DNA from: Eledone cirrhosa
Taxonomy: Eukaryota
NCBI GenBank assembly: GCA_964016885.1
Contig: OZ024745.1
Coordinates: 12,524,001 to 12,588,000, forward strand
DNA length: 64,000 nucleotides
Reading direction: 5' to 3'
Under the pieces are notes generated by a model, which worked only from the letters and a program-made list of their open reading frames with translations, had not been told where the DNA came from and did not search any database. This document shows, piece by piece, positions 25,490 through 48,408 of the stretch. How positions within the stretch are numbered: the first letter of the stretch is position 1; every line of letters begins with the position of its first letter. A program made the translations under genes and the position numbers.

Positions 25490-26220
25490 ATACGACGACC
25501 ACACCTGTTAACCGGTCAGGCGGTAGGTAGTAGGTGACAGATGCGATGTACGTATTCGCCATCTGTGGCCGACCTTTCAGAGATAGCTTTCTCACGGCCC
25601 AATTTTGGATGCGAGTGGTCACTCTGCTTGTTACCTCCAAGTTTCTATTCATTTGGAGGTCTGGATCAAACTAGACCCCGAACAATTTAACCGGCCCACC
25701 AGTCCATCGCCTGACGACGCTGTTGGAATGTATAGATTCGTTTCTCCAGGTACTGAGTCGCAGGCACCGATTTTCCCTAGTGCAATTTCATCCCTGTTAA
25801 CGTTTCATATACCCTGAGAGCGTTGCTCATCACCTCACTGTAGTTGGTGTTCGACACCACTTTGTTGACGTCGTAGGTATATGCTGACACGGAGCTCCCA
25901 CAACTTAGTTCCCACAAGCTGCCTCTCAACGTCTCCAGTGTGTACAGTAGTGGTTCGAGAGCCAGCACATACAACAGGGACGAAAGGCAACAAACTTGGC
26001 GGACTAAGCGCATGATATTGAGCTCTGACCTCAGAGTAAATGTTGCTGTGCATATACGATATATCTCGTTCAGCCTCTCTCTGGCTCTCTTTCCCTCTCT
26101 CACTATATATAGTCATTACGACAGCGGAGGTCCGACGAGCTTTTGATTCCAGAGACTGGCCAAATCGATACAGATCGAACCTTGAGCTGATCAATAGCGA
26201 AACACTCGTCACCACTCAAT
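25490..26220 (-). mobile_element. Decayed L1/Tx1-clade LINE RT fragment (copy at ~42750-43460)
   Basis: VRQVCCLSSLLYVLALEPLL, SAYTYDV (decayed YADD), YETLTG, W..RKLSLKGR. Confidence 0.8.
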
Positions 26221-26252
26221 AATCATAATGAAGACATAACAAATCGCCCTTT

Positions 26253-26332
<80 letters not shown>

Positions 26333-27205
26333 TATAAGATATAGATTAAGGGATTTTTCGCTGCTGTTTCTAGCAAACAGAATGAATGCAGAATGACTTC
26401 CTCGTGACTTGTTCCTTGATCATGTATGTACATGAGTGCACAATATATATTTATTGAATTAATATAAATATGTATATAGTTTAATTATATACTGGTGGTG
26501 TTAGACATGGCCTGGGCCAATGCTGGCCGAAACCTATCAAAGTTATTAAGATTATCAAAATTATATTTATTTATGCATAACAGTTTTTATTAGGAATTCG
26601 AATATAAATTCAATTTAGTTATAAATGAAAACATATTCTGCTAATCTTTGCGAACATAGAAAAAAAATGAAGCAAAACAAAAGAAAAAGAAAACAAAGAT
26701 TGCTTTGGTTTGTAACACATCTAATAGGATCTGGTAAATCGATGGAAAATTGGCTGCTATTTCTAGCAAATAGAGCCACTACCCAAAGAGATGGTCATGA
26801 CCCCGCAGAGACTATCTTATCTATATGCATACAATCAATGACATTCATGTGTTTATATGGGTATCTGAGACTACATTGTTTAATGTGTGTCCTTCGTTGT
26901 TTGAAAACATAGCAGGAGGTAAATTTGGCTGCTATTTTTAGCAAAATCATAAACATTCATGTCAGCAAAAAACAAAAAAAAACTTCTTTTTCAAGGGAGG
27001 CAACTCTGATGAATATTTTCAGAAAAATTAGAAAACCTTTTCGGAGAATGCTAACTACTTGCCGTCGCTAATGACCTGACGTCAATTTTACCAACTGATT
27101 CTATTTTTTGCATTTTTTATGTAAAATCTTTGAAGTTTTAGTTTTATCATTGTTGCTGGGGGTTGTTTAAGACTACACCCCTATAGTATATATATATATA
27201 TATAT

Positions 27206-28131
27206 GGAACCAGTAAGACCCCGACGGCTGAGCTCAAGCCGTTTCGACGGCTAATTCTGGACTAAATGAAAATTTATCCTGGTATTTAAATAGCCGATCT
27301 TCTCAACGGGTAATTCCATATATGGTCAAAGTGATTGTCAAAAGTCAGTAGTAATTCTGTGATTGCAAATTAGTAGGGGAGATGGTGGCTAAACCTGCCA
27401 GTAGGAGAAAGAGGGGAGGGGGTGGAGTAGACCCAATCAAGCGTTGGTAGTGCCAGCTACAGCTGGGCATGAGGTCAAAGAAGATACTGGGGAGGGGGAG
27501 GTGGAGGAAGTCGGAACGGTAGTTAGAACAATGAGGGGTAAAAATATATATGAAAGAAAAAATACTGAGAGTGAAGAATAAGTGTAAAGAAAAAAGTAAA
27601 GCAAGTTCTACGACCTAAGTCTCTAGCTATTGTTAGGCTAGATAAATAAATAAATAAAGAAAGAAAGAAGTAAAGAAAGAAATAAAGAAATAACGAAATA
27701 AGTAAATTAACTAGGTGGGACGGAATAGGCAAGGACCCTTTTAAGAGGTATAAGTACGTAAATCATACGGTGACGGGTCAACAAATGGTGTCAAAATACT
27801 AAAGAGACTACCACGAAATAAATAATAAAGGTTTCTATCCCGGGCACAATGCCAGCAACCACCTAGTGCAGCAAAGTAAACTAGCACTACCAACGCTTGA
27901 TTGGGTCTACTCCACCCCCTCCCCTCTTTCTCCTACTGGCAGGTTTAGCCACCATCTCCCCTACTAATTTGCAATCACAGAATTACTACTGACTTTTGAC
28001 AATCACTTTGACCATATATGGAATTACCCGTTGAGAAGATCGGCTATTTAAATACCAGGATAAATTTTCATTTAGTCCAGAATTAGCCGTCGAAACGGCT
28101 TGAGCTCAGCCGTCGGGGTCTTACTGGTTCC
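27206..28131. repeat. 248-bp inverted repeat with 430-bp spacer; PLE pseudo-LTR-like element between (TA)n tracts
   Basis: 27206-27453 is the reverse complement of 27884-28131; related diverged copy at 44320-44980. Confidence 0.85.
28026..28119 (+). ncRNA. Candidate variant hammerhead (U3-A8 core); mirror copy 27218-27311 (-)
   Basis: ACCCG-TTGAGAA-GATCGGCTA...TAGCCGTC-GAAA-CGGCTTGAGCTCAGCCG-TC-GGGGT; first stem I pair is a G-G mismatch. Confidence 0.45.
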
Positions 28132-28213
28132 TATTACCCACTCTACTACCCCAAGTATTGAGTACTTTGGTGCGTTATGGTCCACCTGGTTCCTTACCAC
28201 ATTTCTTTCGTTA

Positions 28214-28277
<64 letters not shown>

Positions 28278-29136
28278 ATACAATAACAGAGAAAGCTTTA
28301 AGCTAAACTCTGACTGGTAACCATCTCACTCAGCAAACATTAGGATATACGTTAGTATAATACCAATGTTGTGTTTGGGTGCTAACTATATGTATTTTGT
28401 GGAAAACCAGTTGTATTATTTTATATGAGATATAATTAAAATTAAAATATATCTCTCTTTCCAAACAATTGTTTCATTATAAGTTTTCTACAAGTTGGGA
28501 GAATGTTTCCAGTTTATGTAGAAGCCTAACATATTTTTCTGTAACAATATATGTAGGTGGGCACTTATAAATCATCAGTGGATGCCCATTAAACTTTCAT
28601 ATAAGAAAAAATTTCTTACCGCCGTTATTTTTCGTGTTGGCTAAGTCATCCCTTCACGCATCAAATGACCGCCAAATTTGAAATTCCAACAGTCTTTAGA
28701 CTGAGGAAATATCATAGCGTCACGAAGCGGAAAAGGGAGGCAATCGCGAGTCACAAGAAAAGTAAAATAATATACACGCGGGTTAATTAGTTTTTTCAAA
28801 AACATTATATCAATCCTGCGTATTAAGAACTCAATTAATTTTAAAAAAATAAATGTATGCATGTAATAATTACACACGCATATAGATATTTTCTTAGCCT
28901 AAAAACAGAGAAGTGATACCTAGATAACAAACAATATCTCATAACTAATAAATACGGAAAGTTACGTTTAAAAGGTATCTGGAAATAAAATTCTGTGGCC
29001 AAATCAAGAGTAAAATATTTATATATATATACATTTAGCTCTGGTTTTTAACTATTGAGCGCTTTGCCAGTATCATTTCTGATTTTTGCGTTTCGCTTCG
29101 CTTTTCCTGCCCACCGAAATGCGATTCTCGCTGAAT

Positions 29137-29186
<50 letters not shown>

Positions 29187-29264
29187 TTTTAAGTATAAAT
29201 GATGAAAATAGCTATTTACATATGAAGCAAGAACTGTTGCTGGGGGTTGTTTAAGACTACACAC

Positions 29265-29327
<63 letters not shown>

Positions 29328-29329
<2 letters not shown>

Positions 29330-30325
29330 TAACTGAGGTACCCAGCGTTGCTAGGGTATAAGTAATACAATTGTTTGTGCAGAAACAACACTTGATGAAG
29401 CTCTTGGTTGAAATAAATCTTATAGGAAAACATGGTCATCATCGGAGATGTCCACACCACGGCCAACTGGTTAATACGACCCGCAGAAGCCATCTATCCG
29501 TCCCGTAAGATGTTCCATTCGCTTAAATATATGCATGTTAGCAGCAAAGATGACACAGCCTAGGGTGGGTAGGTAATTTTTAAATATCTTTACGGCCTGT
29601 GTATCAACTGTGGCCCGTTGAAGATTTCTATTCGACTCGCAAAGGGTTCTGCCAGGTATACATTTTTGGAAAATACCCCCGCATTACCCAACCAGAGCTC
29701 ATAAATCCCATTTGTCTAGGTAAAACTCGGCCCGTGGAGGGCAAATTCAATTGTTATACATCCCATTGTTGTACAGCTTTCTGTCCCACAGGAAAAAACC
29801 ATCCACTGCACATAAGTGGTGTATCGATGATGTTTCAAAAAAGCATTTGCGACATTCGATATTTGCGGTGTTTTCGCTTTATTAAGGTGCCCTGGGGAAA
29901 CTTATTGATACATAAATAATGCACCTGTAATAATAAAACTTTATTGATACATAAATAATGCACCTGTACAGTTTAAAGCAAATTGGTTGCTCATATCAGA
30001 AGAAACAAACCAAATGAAAAATATGTTTGTGTAGCTTTTTGCCTTCTGCGAGTTGTCTGGGATAATTTTTTCTTAGCCTAAATCCATCCTCAGCACATAA
30101 TTCATATGAGCATTTGTATGCAAATGTCCTATTGATTTATTAAAAAATCGATGCAGACTGGAAATTATTGTTTTTTTTTTAACTTCAAAGTACGTAAGAA
30201 ATCAAATGGGCACGTGAGCCACAAACGTGTCAAGTTTCATCAAGATCGGTTTGGTAGTTTTTGAGTTTTAGGTTCACAAACAAATCCACAAACAAACATA
30301 CAAACAGACAGAAATTGCCATTGTA
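29328..30325 (-). mobile_element. Non-autonomous Helitron-like element
   Basis: Minus-strand 3' end CCCTAGCAACGCTGGG hairpin + TACCTCAG + TTAG-T; (TTTG/TCTG)n tract near the 5' end. Confidence 0.6.
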
Positions 30326-30533
30326 GTGTTCAGAAGAGAAGACTGCGTTGGTATGGACATGTGATGCGCATGGAAGATGGCTGCTGGGTAAAGAAGTGCC
30401 AAGAAATCCCAGTGGAAGGAAGACCACGAAAATCATGGGTGGAGGTGGTGAGAGCTGACCTCAAATCGCTGAAGCTCATGGAGGAGATGACGAAGGACCT
30501 TGACAAATAAAATGATGATGATGATGATGATGA
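30325..30533 (+). mobile_element. RTE-group LINE 3' fragment with (GAT)n tail; similar pieces at 47330-47755
   Basis: Homologous to 16675-16960 (RRLRWYGHVMRMED). Confidence 0.85.
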
Positions 30534-30535
30534 TA

Positions 30536-30990
30536 TAACTCAAACTCTAAACCTAACACTAACTAACCCAAACCCTAACCTTAACGCTTGCCTTAATCCT
30601 AACGCTAACACTGAACTCTAACTCAAACCCTAACCCTGTTACTAACACTATCACTAACCCTAATCCTAACCATAACACTAAACGTAACCCTAACGCTAGC
30701 CTTAACCCTAACCCTAAATTTAACCCTAACACTAATCCTAACCCTAACACTAACCTTAACCCTTACACTTACCCAACCCTAACCCTAACTCTAAATCTAA
30801 ACCTAACACTAACTTTAACCCTAGCCTTACCCCTAAACGTAACCCTTACCCTACCCTAAATCCTAACCTTAAACCCTAACACTAACCCTAACCTTAACCC
30901 TAATCCTAACCATAACTCTATCACTAACCCTAACTCAAAACCTAAACCTTTACCTTAACCCCAACCTTACCCCTAAATCCTTACCCTAAG
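30536..30990. repeat. Degenerate interstitial telomere-like (CCCTAA)n tract
   Basis: ~75 hexamers centred on AACCCT. Confidence 0.8.
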
Positions 30991-32434
30991 GGCCAATGGC
31001 GTGAATTTGGATAACTATGTAGAATGGTAACTGTAAGTTAAGGACTTCAGGATGAAAACCATTCAATTGAAAGGAACTGAGAGAGATTTGGGCTGAACAC
31101 ACGCTTTCAAATGAATTATAGTCAGCCAATTGGCACAGTTATTATTCATATTAAATGTCTCTTCATTCATATTTCAAATCTCGCTGATGTCAATTTTAAG
31201 CACTACTCCAGGTCGTTTGATGGCGGTATTGTTACAGAAGTCCTTATTTATTTGCAAAGTTTTGTTATGTAGGTGTAAGCATCAAAATAAGTCAAGGTTT
31301 TGTTTTTGCTGTTGGGTCAGACCTGACTCAGCAGACAGCCATTTTGAAAAGTCATTCGAGCTGTGACCATCTCATTTTTATTTTTGTTGCTATTTTTGTT
31401 GTTGTCGCTCTTGTAGTTGGAGTTGTTGTTTTTTTCAGTTGTTTCGTTGTGGCTGTTGTTCATGTTGTTGTTGGTGATGTTGCTAATTTTGTTGTTGAAT
31501 GTTGTGTTTGTAATTGTTATTTTTTCTTTGATCACAATGGTGCCTGCTGTAGTTATGTTATCCCTCCTCTCAACTGTTAAGTCACTATCCCGAGACGGCA
31601 GTTTTAATGTTGGAGGTGGGGGTGGGGGACTGTCTCATCCATTTTATTAAAAAGATACCGCAAAAATCAAATACAATTCCAAGAAAACAACAACTCAAAT
31701 TTATAAACTCACGGAGCTTACAAAAAACACGTCTTCTCTTGTCGACAACCAATAATAACAATAATAATGCTTTCTTTATTAACCACAAGGGTTGACACAA
31801 AGTATAACATTAAGGACAACACAGGATAATAATAATAATTGTTTCTACTTTTGGCACAAGGCCAGCAATTATCCCAGTGCAAAAGTTTCTGCTTTAGGTA
31901 CAATTTTATTTTGAGGGGGAATTAAATCGACCCCAAGGTGTTACTGGTACTTTATTTTATTGACCCTGTAAAGATGAAAGGCACACACATCACATCACAC
32001 ATCCTCCCTTTCCAATATCCTAAACGGACGTTAGTCCGTTTAGTAATATTGTTGTGGTCGTGTTTTCGTTGGCAATCGTCTGTTTACGACAGTACAGCGC
32101 GGCTCTACTTTATTGAACTGAGATAAAACTTATATGAGCATGAACAGTAGACCATTACGCATCTTTTGGCTTAAAAATCTAGAAATTTGGTCCAGCGGGA
32201 AAAAGTTTATAATCAAAGTTTGCTGATAAATCTTGTGTTCAAGTGAGTGATTAGTAAGCGTGACGCTAGGGCAGGTAATCCACAAATGACGTAGCTTTCT
32301 CATTAAGCAAGTTGCCTCAACTAGATTGCAATTATACTCAAAAGAACTTTAAAATGTCAATCACTTGTCAGTAATTCACTATGATCATTTAATTATTAGA
32401 TAGTTGTTGCTTGCATTGCTTTAAAAAATAGTAG

Positions 32435-33483
32435 ACCAGATAGAAAAATGCGTACAGCAAAAAAAAATAATATTGTTGGAATATAAACCTTTAAAAATAC
32501 AGGACAAGAAACTAAAATAAAACTTTAAAAGAATAGGACAAGAAACTAAGATAAAACTTTAAAGAATTGGACAAGAAATAAAAAATTTTACAATAATATT
32601 AGTGGCAACATTTTTTTATTCGTTTCCTGTGCTATGCCCCAGTATCTTCTTGATTAGTGCATAATAATTGTCATGCTCTCATTGTGCGTTGCTCCTGAGT
32701 GGTTGGTTCTGGTTGGGGTTGGTTGGCTGAGCAGTTCTGCTCCGTCAGAATGACCATTGCAAGAAGAATTGGCCGATGCAGCTGCAGGTCTCCTCCAAGA
32801 ATGCACTTCTGGTCCCGCAACACCAGACGAAGATGGAGAAGACGACCGGGACAAGATGTCGACTCTGACCACCGACTACGGCGCCTCCCTCAAACACCGG
32901 TCCTCCCTCCCTCTGTCCCGTCATCCCTCCAGTCCTCCTGCTCCCCCTTCCTGTACCAGAAAGCTGTGGCACGCATTCATCTGGACTGCCGGACTTGAAC
33001 TCAAGGACAAGATGCAAGGAGAAGATGGACGGGTTGGTCAAGATCAAGGATGAACGGGACGACAAGACCGTCCGCTGCTGCTCAAGTTCTGTGCTCATGG
33101 GCCCATGGGTTCATTCACATTATGCATGACACATGAGGCGTGTCGCCGAATGATGAAATAGGGGTATGGTTATGGCCCAATTGGTGTTCAAACCAGGATC
33201 AAATGATCCCCCTGGTCTGACGACGACCTCTGAATGTGGAACCCAGAGCCTATGAATGTGGAACTCGATTTTTTACCAATAAAAATTTTGCCACTAATAT
33301 TATTGTAACATTTTTTATTTCTTGTCCAATTCTTTAAAGTTTTATCTTAGTTTCTTGTCCTATTCTTTTAAAGTTTTATCTTAGTTTCTTGTCCTATTCT
33401 TTTAAAGTTTTATTTTAGTTTCTTGTCCTGTTTATATTCCAACAATATTACTTTTTTTTGCTGTACGCATTTTTCTATCTGGT
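32435..33483. mobile_element. Non-autonomous DNA transposon with ~180-200-bp TIRs containing ~31-bp subrepeats and a GC-rich core
   Basis: ACCAGATAGAAAAATGCGTACAGC... at 32435 is reverse-complemented at ...GCTGTACGCATTTTTCTATCTGGT 33483; ggacaagaaactaa subrepeats. The terminus resembles animal EnSpm/CACTA CCCAGATAG ends (tentative). Confidence 0.8.
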
Positions 33484-33996
33484 ATATATATATATATAAA
33501 CAACATTTATTTTAGTAGTCACATACAATGGAATTGAAACCGCAATTCAAGGGAAATAACTCAAACGTGAATAAACTGTATGCAGCAAATTAATGTTAAC
33601 GTCGGATTTCCCCAATTATAAAAACCTACTCCAAAACTAAGCTTTAGTGAAATTGTTATGTTGCTGTCCAATGTAAGCTCTACACAGAAAATAATTCCCT
33701 AGTGCATTCTTGTAAGAAAAGTTAATATAAAAAATAATGTAAAATGCAGTGTTCAGATTTGAATCTAAGAAGTTACGATAACATCCCAGAAGATGATGAC
33801 ATGACAGTATTTGAATAAATAAATCCGTTTTTTTTTTATTTTTGACATCAGTAAACAGTATAATTTTATGAAAACTCTTGTGCTGTTATGTTTTTGTGTA
33901 AAAAATATAAGGCCTAACCCGAAAATAAGTCCTAGTGCCTTTTTTTAAAGGAAAAAATAGTATAAGATCTGTCTTATAATAGGGAAGCACGGTATT

Positions 33997-34214
33997 AAGG
34001 CGTTGAATTGGTAGAATCGCTAGAGCGTTAGATAAATGCTTAGCAATATTTGTTTCCACTCTTTACTGTCTAAATTCAAATCCTGTCGAGATCAACTTTG
34101 CTTTTTGTCCTTGCGAGGTCAATAATATAAAGAACCAGTCAAGCACTGAGGTCGATATAATCGATTTTCCCCTCCCCAGATTGCTGGCTGTGTGCCTAAA
34201 TTTGAAACAATTAT
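33997..34214 (+). mobile_element. Full-length diverged tRNA-derived SINE of the abundant octopus type
   Basis: A-box TGGTAGAATCG, B-box-like AATTCAAATCC, core aactttgc...gtcaataa...accag, tail gctggc.gtgcctaaatttgaaacaattatt. Confidence 0.75.
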
Positions 34215-34769
34215 TGAATATTTCAAGCGAATTAGTGACTTTTTCGAAGTTAATACATGAAGGATGGTTAATTATAGATAACTATAGCTGTATATCAAAT
34301 ATTAATCATTTAAACATCTCCATTGTTTCTAATGAAACATCAAATAGTGCTAAACTTATGTAATAGTATAACTGTCAACAACATTCAAATCTATAGAAAT
34401 TTACTTGTATGTTAGTAATATATGGACCCGTAACTCCTGAGGGGGCCGTAAGGACGCTCTATTGACATACGGCGTTTCTAGGTTATTTTAAAATCTGGCA
34501 GAGCCCATCTCCTTGCCAGGTCTGAATACAGCAGACTTTTTCCAGAGAACAATAGAGAGTGAGAGAATTGAAGAAAGAAAGAGACACAGAGAAATGATCG
34601 ACCCCAGTACTAGATTGGTATTTAATTTTATCGATTGCAGTAGCTGGGTGTGAAGGACTGGTGTCATGGACATGGGGTGTCTTGTATTCTTAGTCACTCA
34701 ACGTCATGGAAACTGAGATAACCACCGGCCTGATGAGCTTCTGGACTCAAGACAGACTTTAAATGTTTC

Positions 34770-35140
34770 CAGTTATACAGATGGGGCACATTTAAACAAG
34801 GGAGTAGGTTGGGAAGGTACTTAGTCTTTCGAAAATAATAATAGAGATAAGAAATTCAGATTGCACAAGATTTTCACAATATTTGCTGCAGGTTTGTGGG
34901 GAATGATATTATCCAAAGAAATGACATGGGGAGAAGGTTTTTTATTTACTAATAGTTTATGGGACCTAGAAGTACTTCAATTAAGAAAATGAAATCATGT
35001 TAGACGTATTGAAACTTTTCTGCTTAGAATAGATAATTATCTTCCAGAAAATGATAAGAATAAATAAACACCAATTATTTGGATACCAGGTCATACATAT
35101 ATTAGGAAAACAGATGAATTGGCAAAGGAGGGAACACAAA
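34770..35140 (+). pseudogene. Highly decayed LINE RNase H domain (I-group-like)
   Basis: Ordered motifs YTDG, IFAA, FTNSL, IWIPGH, DELAKEG across frameshifts. Confidence 0.6.
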
Positions 35141-35468
35141 GGGAAATAATAAATAAAGATTATATCCCAAATCTATTGGAATTCAAGTCCTTTAACAACA
35201 ATGTAATTATATAAAGCTCTCAAATCTCAATCCTCCATTACCTCAGTCAGACCTGTCAATATTTAAAATATAGCAGACAGTGAACAATGTTAATAAACAA
35301 AGATTATGTTAGATTCGAATGGGTTGAACTATATTTTTTCCTGAACTGGTCATATGGAATCGCTTGTGTCCTTGTGGAGACTGACAAGAAATCTTGTGTC
35401 CTTGTGAAGACTGCCAAGAAATTCTTTGGCACTATTTATTCTAATTTAGAAACTACCAATTTGAGAAA

Positions 35469-35506
<38 letters not shown>

Positions 35507-36198
35507 AGGGAGGGATCTTGAAGTTGGTCTTTAAAAACTTCTAACTTTGCAGCTGAAACATATTGTCAAAAATCTACCAACTATATACAAATCTTTCAGT
35601 ACATGTAGGCCACGAAATGGTTCAGCTTCACAAGCTTTCAGCTATTCTATAGTTGCCATTGTTTTTTAACCTTTTTTATTTTGCTTCCTATTGTCATTTA
35701 CTCTCTGTCTCCCTCTTCTTAACTGGAAGAGATACTAGATAGCTCCCATAGTTTGTCTTGGCTTACTAGGTTTATACGGACGTTTAAATTGATTAAACAT
35801 TTAAATAAATATTAATTTTTACACGACATCATGTGCATTTCGTTCTTGTATTCAACACAAAAAAAAGAAATCATCTCAAGGAAGGTAACCACATATATTA
35901 TCTATATATATAAAACTGAGGATGTGTGTGTGTGTGTGAGTTTGAATCCCTAAAACTCGAGAACCACCCAACCGACTATTTTCAAACTTTACACATGTAA
36001 TACTTATGTTTCAGGGAGTGTTCTGAGCAAACAGAATTTCAAATTTTCAATGCCCTAGGGACTGTATTAGGCGATTTAGTTATCTCTCTCTATAATTCTT
36101 AGTCTCTCTCTTTTTAGATAGATACATACATATAACGTCGCGCCCTTATAATATGTGTCTGTATGTCTGCTGTCTGCATTACGTCACTTCCCTGAGGA

Positions 36199-44239
<8,041 letters not shown>

Positions 44240-45180
44240 AAGGCGGGTAAAATTCCCGAGATCCATGGACGAGTTCTCTCCAGCGGTCTCTGTCCCTCAT
44301 TATCGCTGCCATGTCCTGCTAATTCTGGTCTAAATGAAAATTTTTATCCTGGTATATGAATAGCCGAGCTTCTCAGGGGGTAATTCCATATATGGTAAAA
44401 GTGATTGTCACAAGGATTTGTCAAAAGTTTGTTGTTGAGACACATAATTCTATCATGGCAATTTGTGGAAGGAAGGAGTAACTGAACCTGCCAGTAGAAG
44501 AAAGAGGAAGAGGGGGTGGAGGAAACCCAGTCGTGCGTTGATAGTGCCAACTACAGCAGGGCAGGAGGTCAAGCAAGTATACTAGGGAAGGGGAGGGGGA
44601 GGAAGTCGCAACAATAACTAAATCAATATGGAGTAAATATATAGAAGAATACCAAGAATGTTAAAAATATAAAAAAACAATTTCTGGTTACTATTCCCTA
44701 ACGACAGTCATCAAGTCTCTCACTGGTACTGCTAAACTATAGAAACGTTTACTAGGTGGGACGGAATTGTTATGAGACCATTTTAAGAGTTAGTAGTAAT
44801 CAACCGAGTATATCTTACGGTGACAGGTCAACAAGTGTGGGGGAGGGGGTGGGGGGGCAAAATACTAAAGAAACTACCACGAAATAATAATTCAGAGCCC
44901 CGAAACTAATACAAAATAATTGTTTCTTACCCTAGGCACAAGGCCAGCAACCACCCAGTGCAAAAAATAAACTAATACGAAATAATAATTCAGAATCCCG
45001 AAAATGAATACGAATACTATCTCTAAGGGTGCCGCTACGATACAAAAATTCTAGTGCAAACTACATAAATGCTCGTACGAGGTATATGAAAAATTTGATA
45101 CGGAAAATGAATACGATATATATATATATGTCTCTCCACCACTCCCCTACACCCCTTTTGAACTCTGTTCCCACACACTT

Positions 45181-45216
45181 CTCACCTGAGGAAGGGCTTA
45201 TGCCCGAAACGTCGTC
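45181..45216 (+). ncRNA. Minimal hammerhead ribozyme motif (PLE type)
   Basis: CTGAGGA-A-GGGC-TTAT-GCCC-GAAA-CGT-C; palindromic ACGT stem III; only 2 proximal bp of stem I. Confidence 0.6.
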
Positions 45217-45304
45217 CCCCACCTACCCCCCCCACTCTCCTGAGCGTGAATTTAATAAACATTTATTGTACTGCCTCTCTGTTCTGTCCCTGTTCAAATT
45301 TTTC

Positions 45305-45351
<47 letters not shown>

Positions 45352-45403
45352 TTTCTGAATTTGTTTAGCAAGATTCTTTATCTGAAATCGTGTGTTGAAA
45401 CCG

Positions 45404-47095
<1,692 letters not shown>

Positions 47096-47184
47096 CACTA
47101 TAATAGTTGAGAAAATCGAATAAAATACCGCCAGAGAGGGGGGGGAAAGGGCCATGATACCACTGAGGAAGTCAACATATCAAA

Positions 47185-47298
47185 CATATCGGTAATTCAT
47201 CTGAGGATACCGTCCTCATAATCAACAGCAAATGCATGAAGGACATCTCGATTGCATGGAGAACCGTGGAAATAATTATTATGATTAAACGATATATG
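47185..47298 (+). ncRNA. Degenerate hammerhead motif with a long stem II
   Basis: TCAT-CTGAGGA-(61 nt)-GAAA-TAATTAT-T-ATGA; palindromic stem III; extended stem I (ATATCG/CGATAT). Confidence 0.45.
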
Positions 47299-48165
47299 TA
47301 GCCTCAGCATCTTATTTTGTTATTTATATATATGTTGATAAGTAGAAGAGAAGACAATACTCTGATTCCATCGGGGAAATAGCCGTGTTCGATATGTAGA
47401 AAAGGAACTGGCATAAATTCCATAAAATGTACGCAATGCAGATCTTGGGTACACAAGATATGTAGTGGGATAGCAGGCAAACTAACAGGTAGGGAAAACT
47501 ACGTATGCAGCAGATGTACAGGGAAAGTTGACTAGTAATCGCAGTGATAGACACATTTTTCCAATGCATGTGGGTTCTATAGAAGTGGTTGATAGCCTCC
47601 GGTACCTAGGAGGTGGTGAGAGCAGACCATGTGATCGCTGAAACTCACTGAGGAGATGACGAAGGACCGTGACAAGTGGAGAGTTGCTGTGCTGAATAGG
47701 ACCCGTCCAACCCTTGCAAGCAGGGAAGAGCGGACGTAAAATGATGATGATGATAGCGAGAGACTCCTAGTCTTCACTAAGTCATCTCTCTAGGAGAAGG
47801 TCACTCTGACATAAAACCTGCGACATCGTTTGAATCCAATGATATAGACCAGTTCTTTTTGGGCAAATGCATTCGATGTTCAGAGAGTGAGATAGGCCCC
47901 ATGCAAAGCCTTCCCTCACTTAAAAAAGCTTCAAGCAAAGGCATCGGTTGATATGTGGCATTTTTTGCGATGCCTGGTATTGCTGGCTATAGGTAAGTCG
48001 CTAGCATGACTAAAAGACCACGCTCGTGATGCTCATACTTAAATATCAAGCGATCGTATTACTCGAAATCAAGTTGCAGCCATCATCATGTATGTATGTA
48101 TAATTCATGCTGGAATCGTAGAGTCTAAGCACAGCCGATTTCTTCCAGAGAGAGAGATAGCGAGA

Positions 48166-48250
<85 letters not shown>

Positions 48251-48408
48251 ATTTTCTGTCAACCCCGAAAGAGTAAAAAGCAAAGATGAAGTAGGCTGGA
48301 TTTGAACGTAGAGGGCAGAATATAGGAACGAATACCGCGACGTAACGATCTTGTCGATTCGCTGTTTATTTAGATACGTAGTTGACTCTATATGTTTGTA
48401 AGGCACAA

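Larger units (their letters stand above)
18602..27190 (+). repeat. Segmental duplication copy 1 (~8.6 kb)
   Basis: Colinear with 36278-44170; many identical ORF-track entries offset by ~17.2 kb. Confidence 0.95.

Noticed and set aside
30536-30990. True telomere or chromosome fusion site
   Set aside because: Heavily degenerate, single orientation, no head-to-head junction.
34725-34760. CTGATGA hammerhead-like core (also at 51188)
   Set aside because: No correctly placed GAAA, stem III or stem I.
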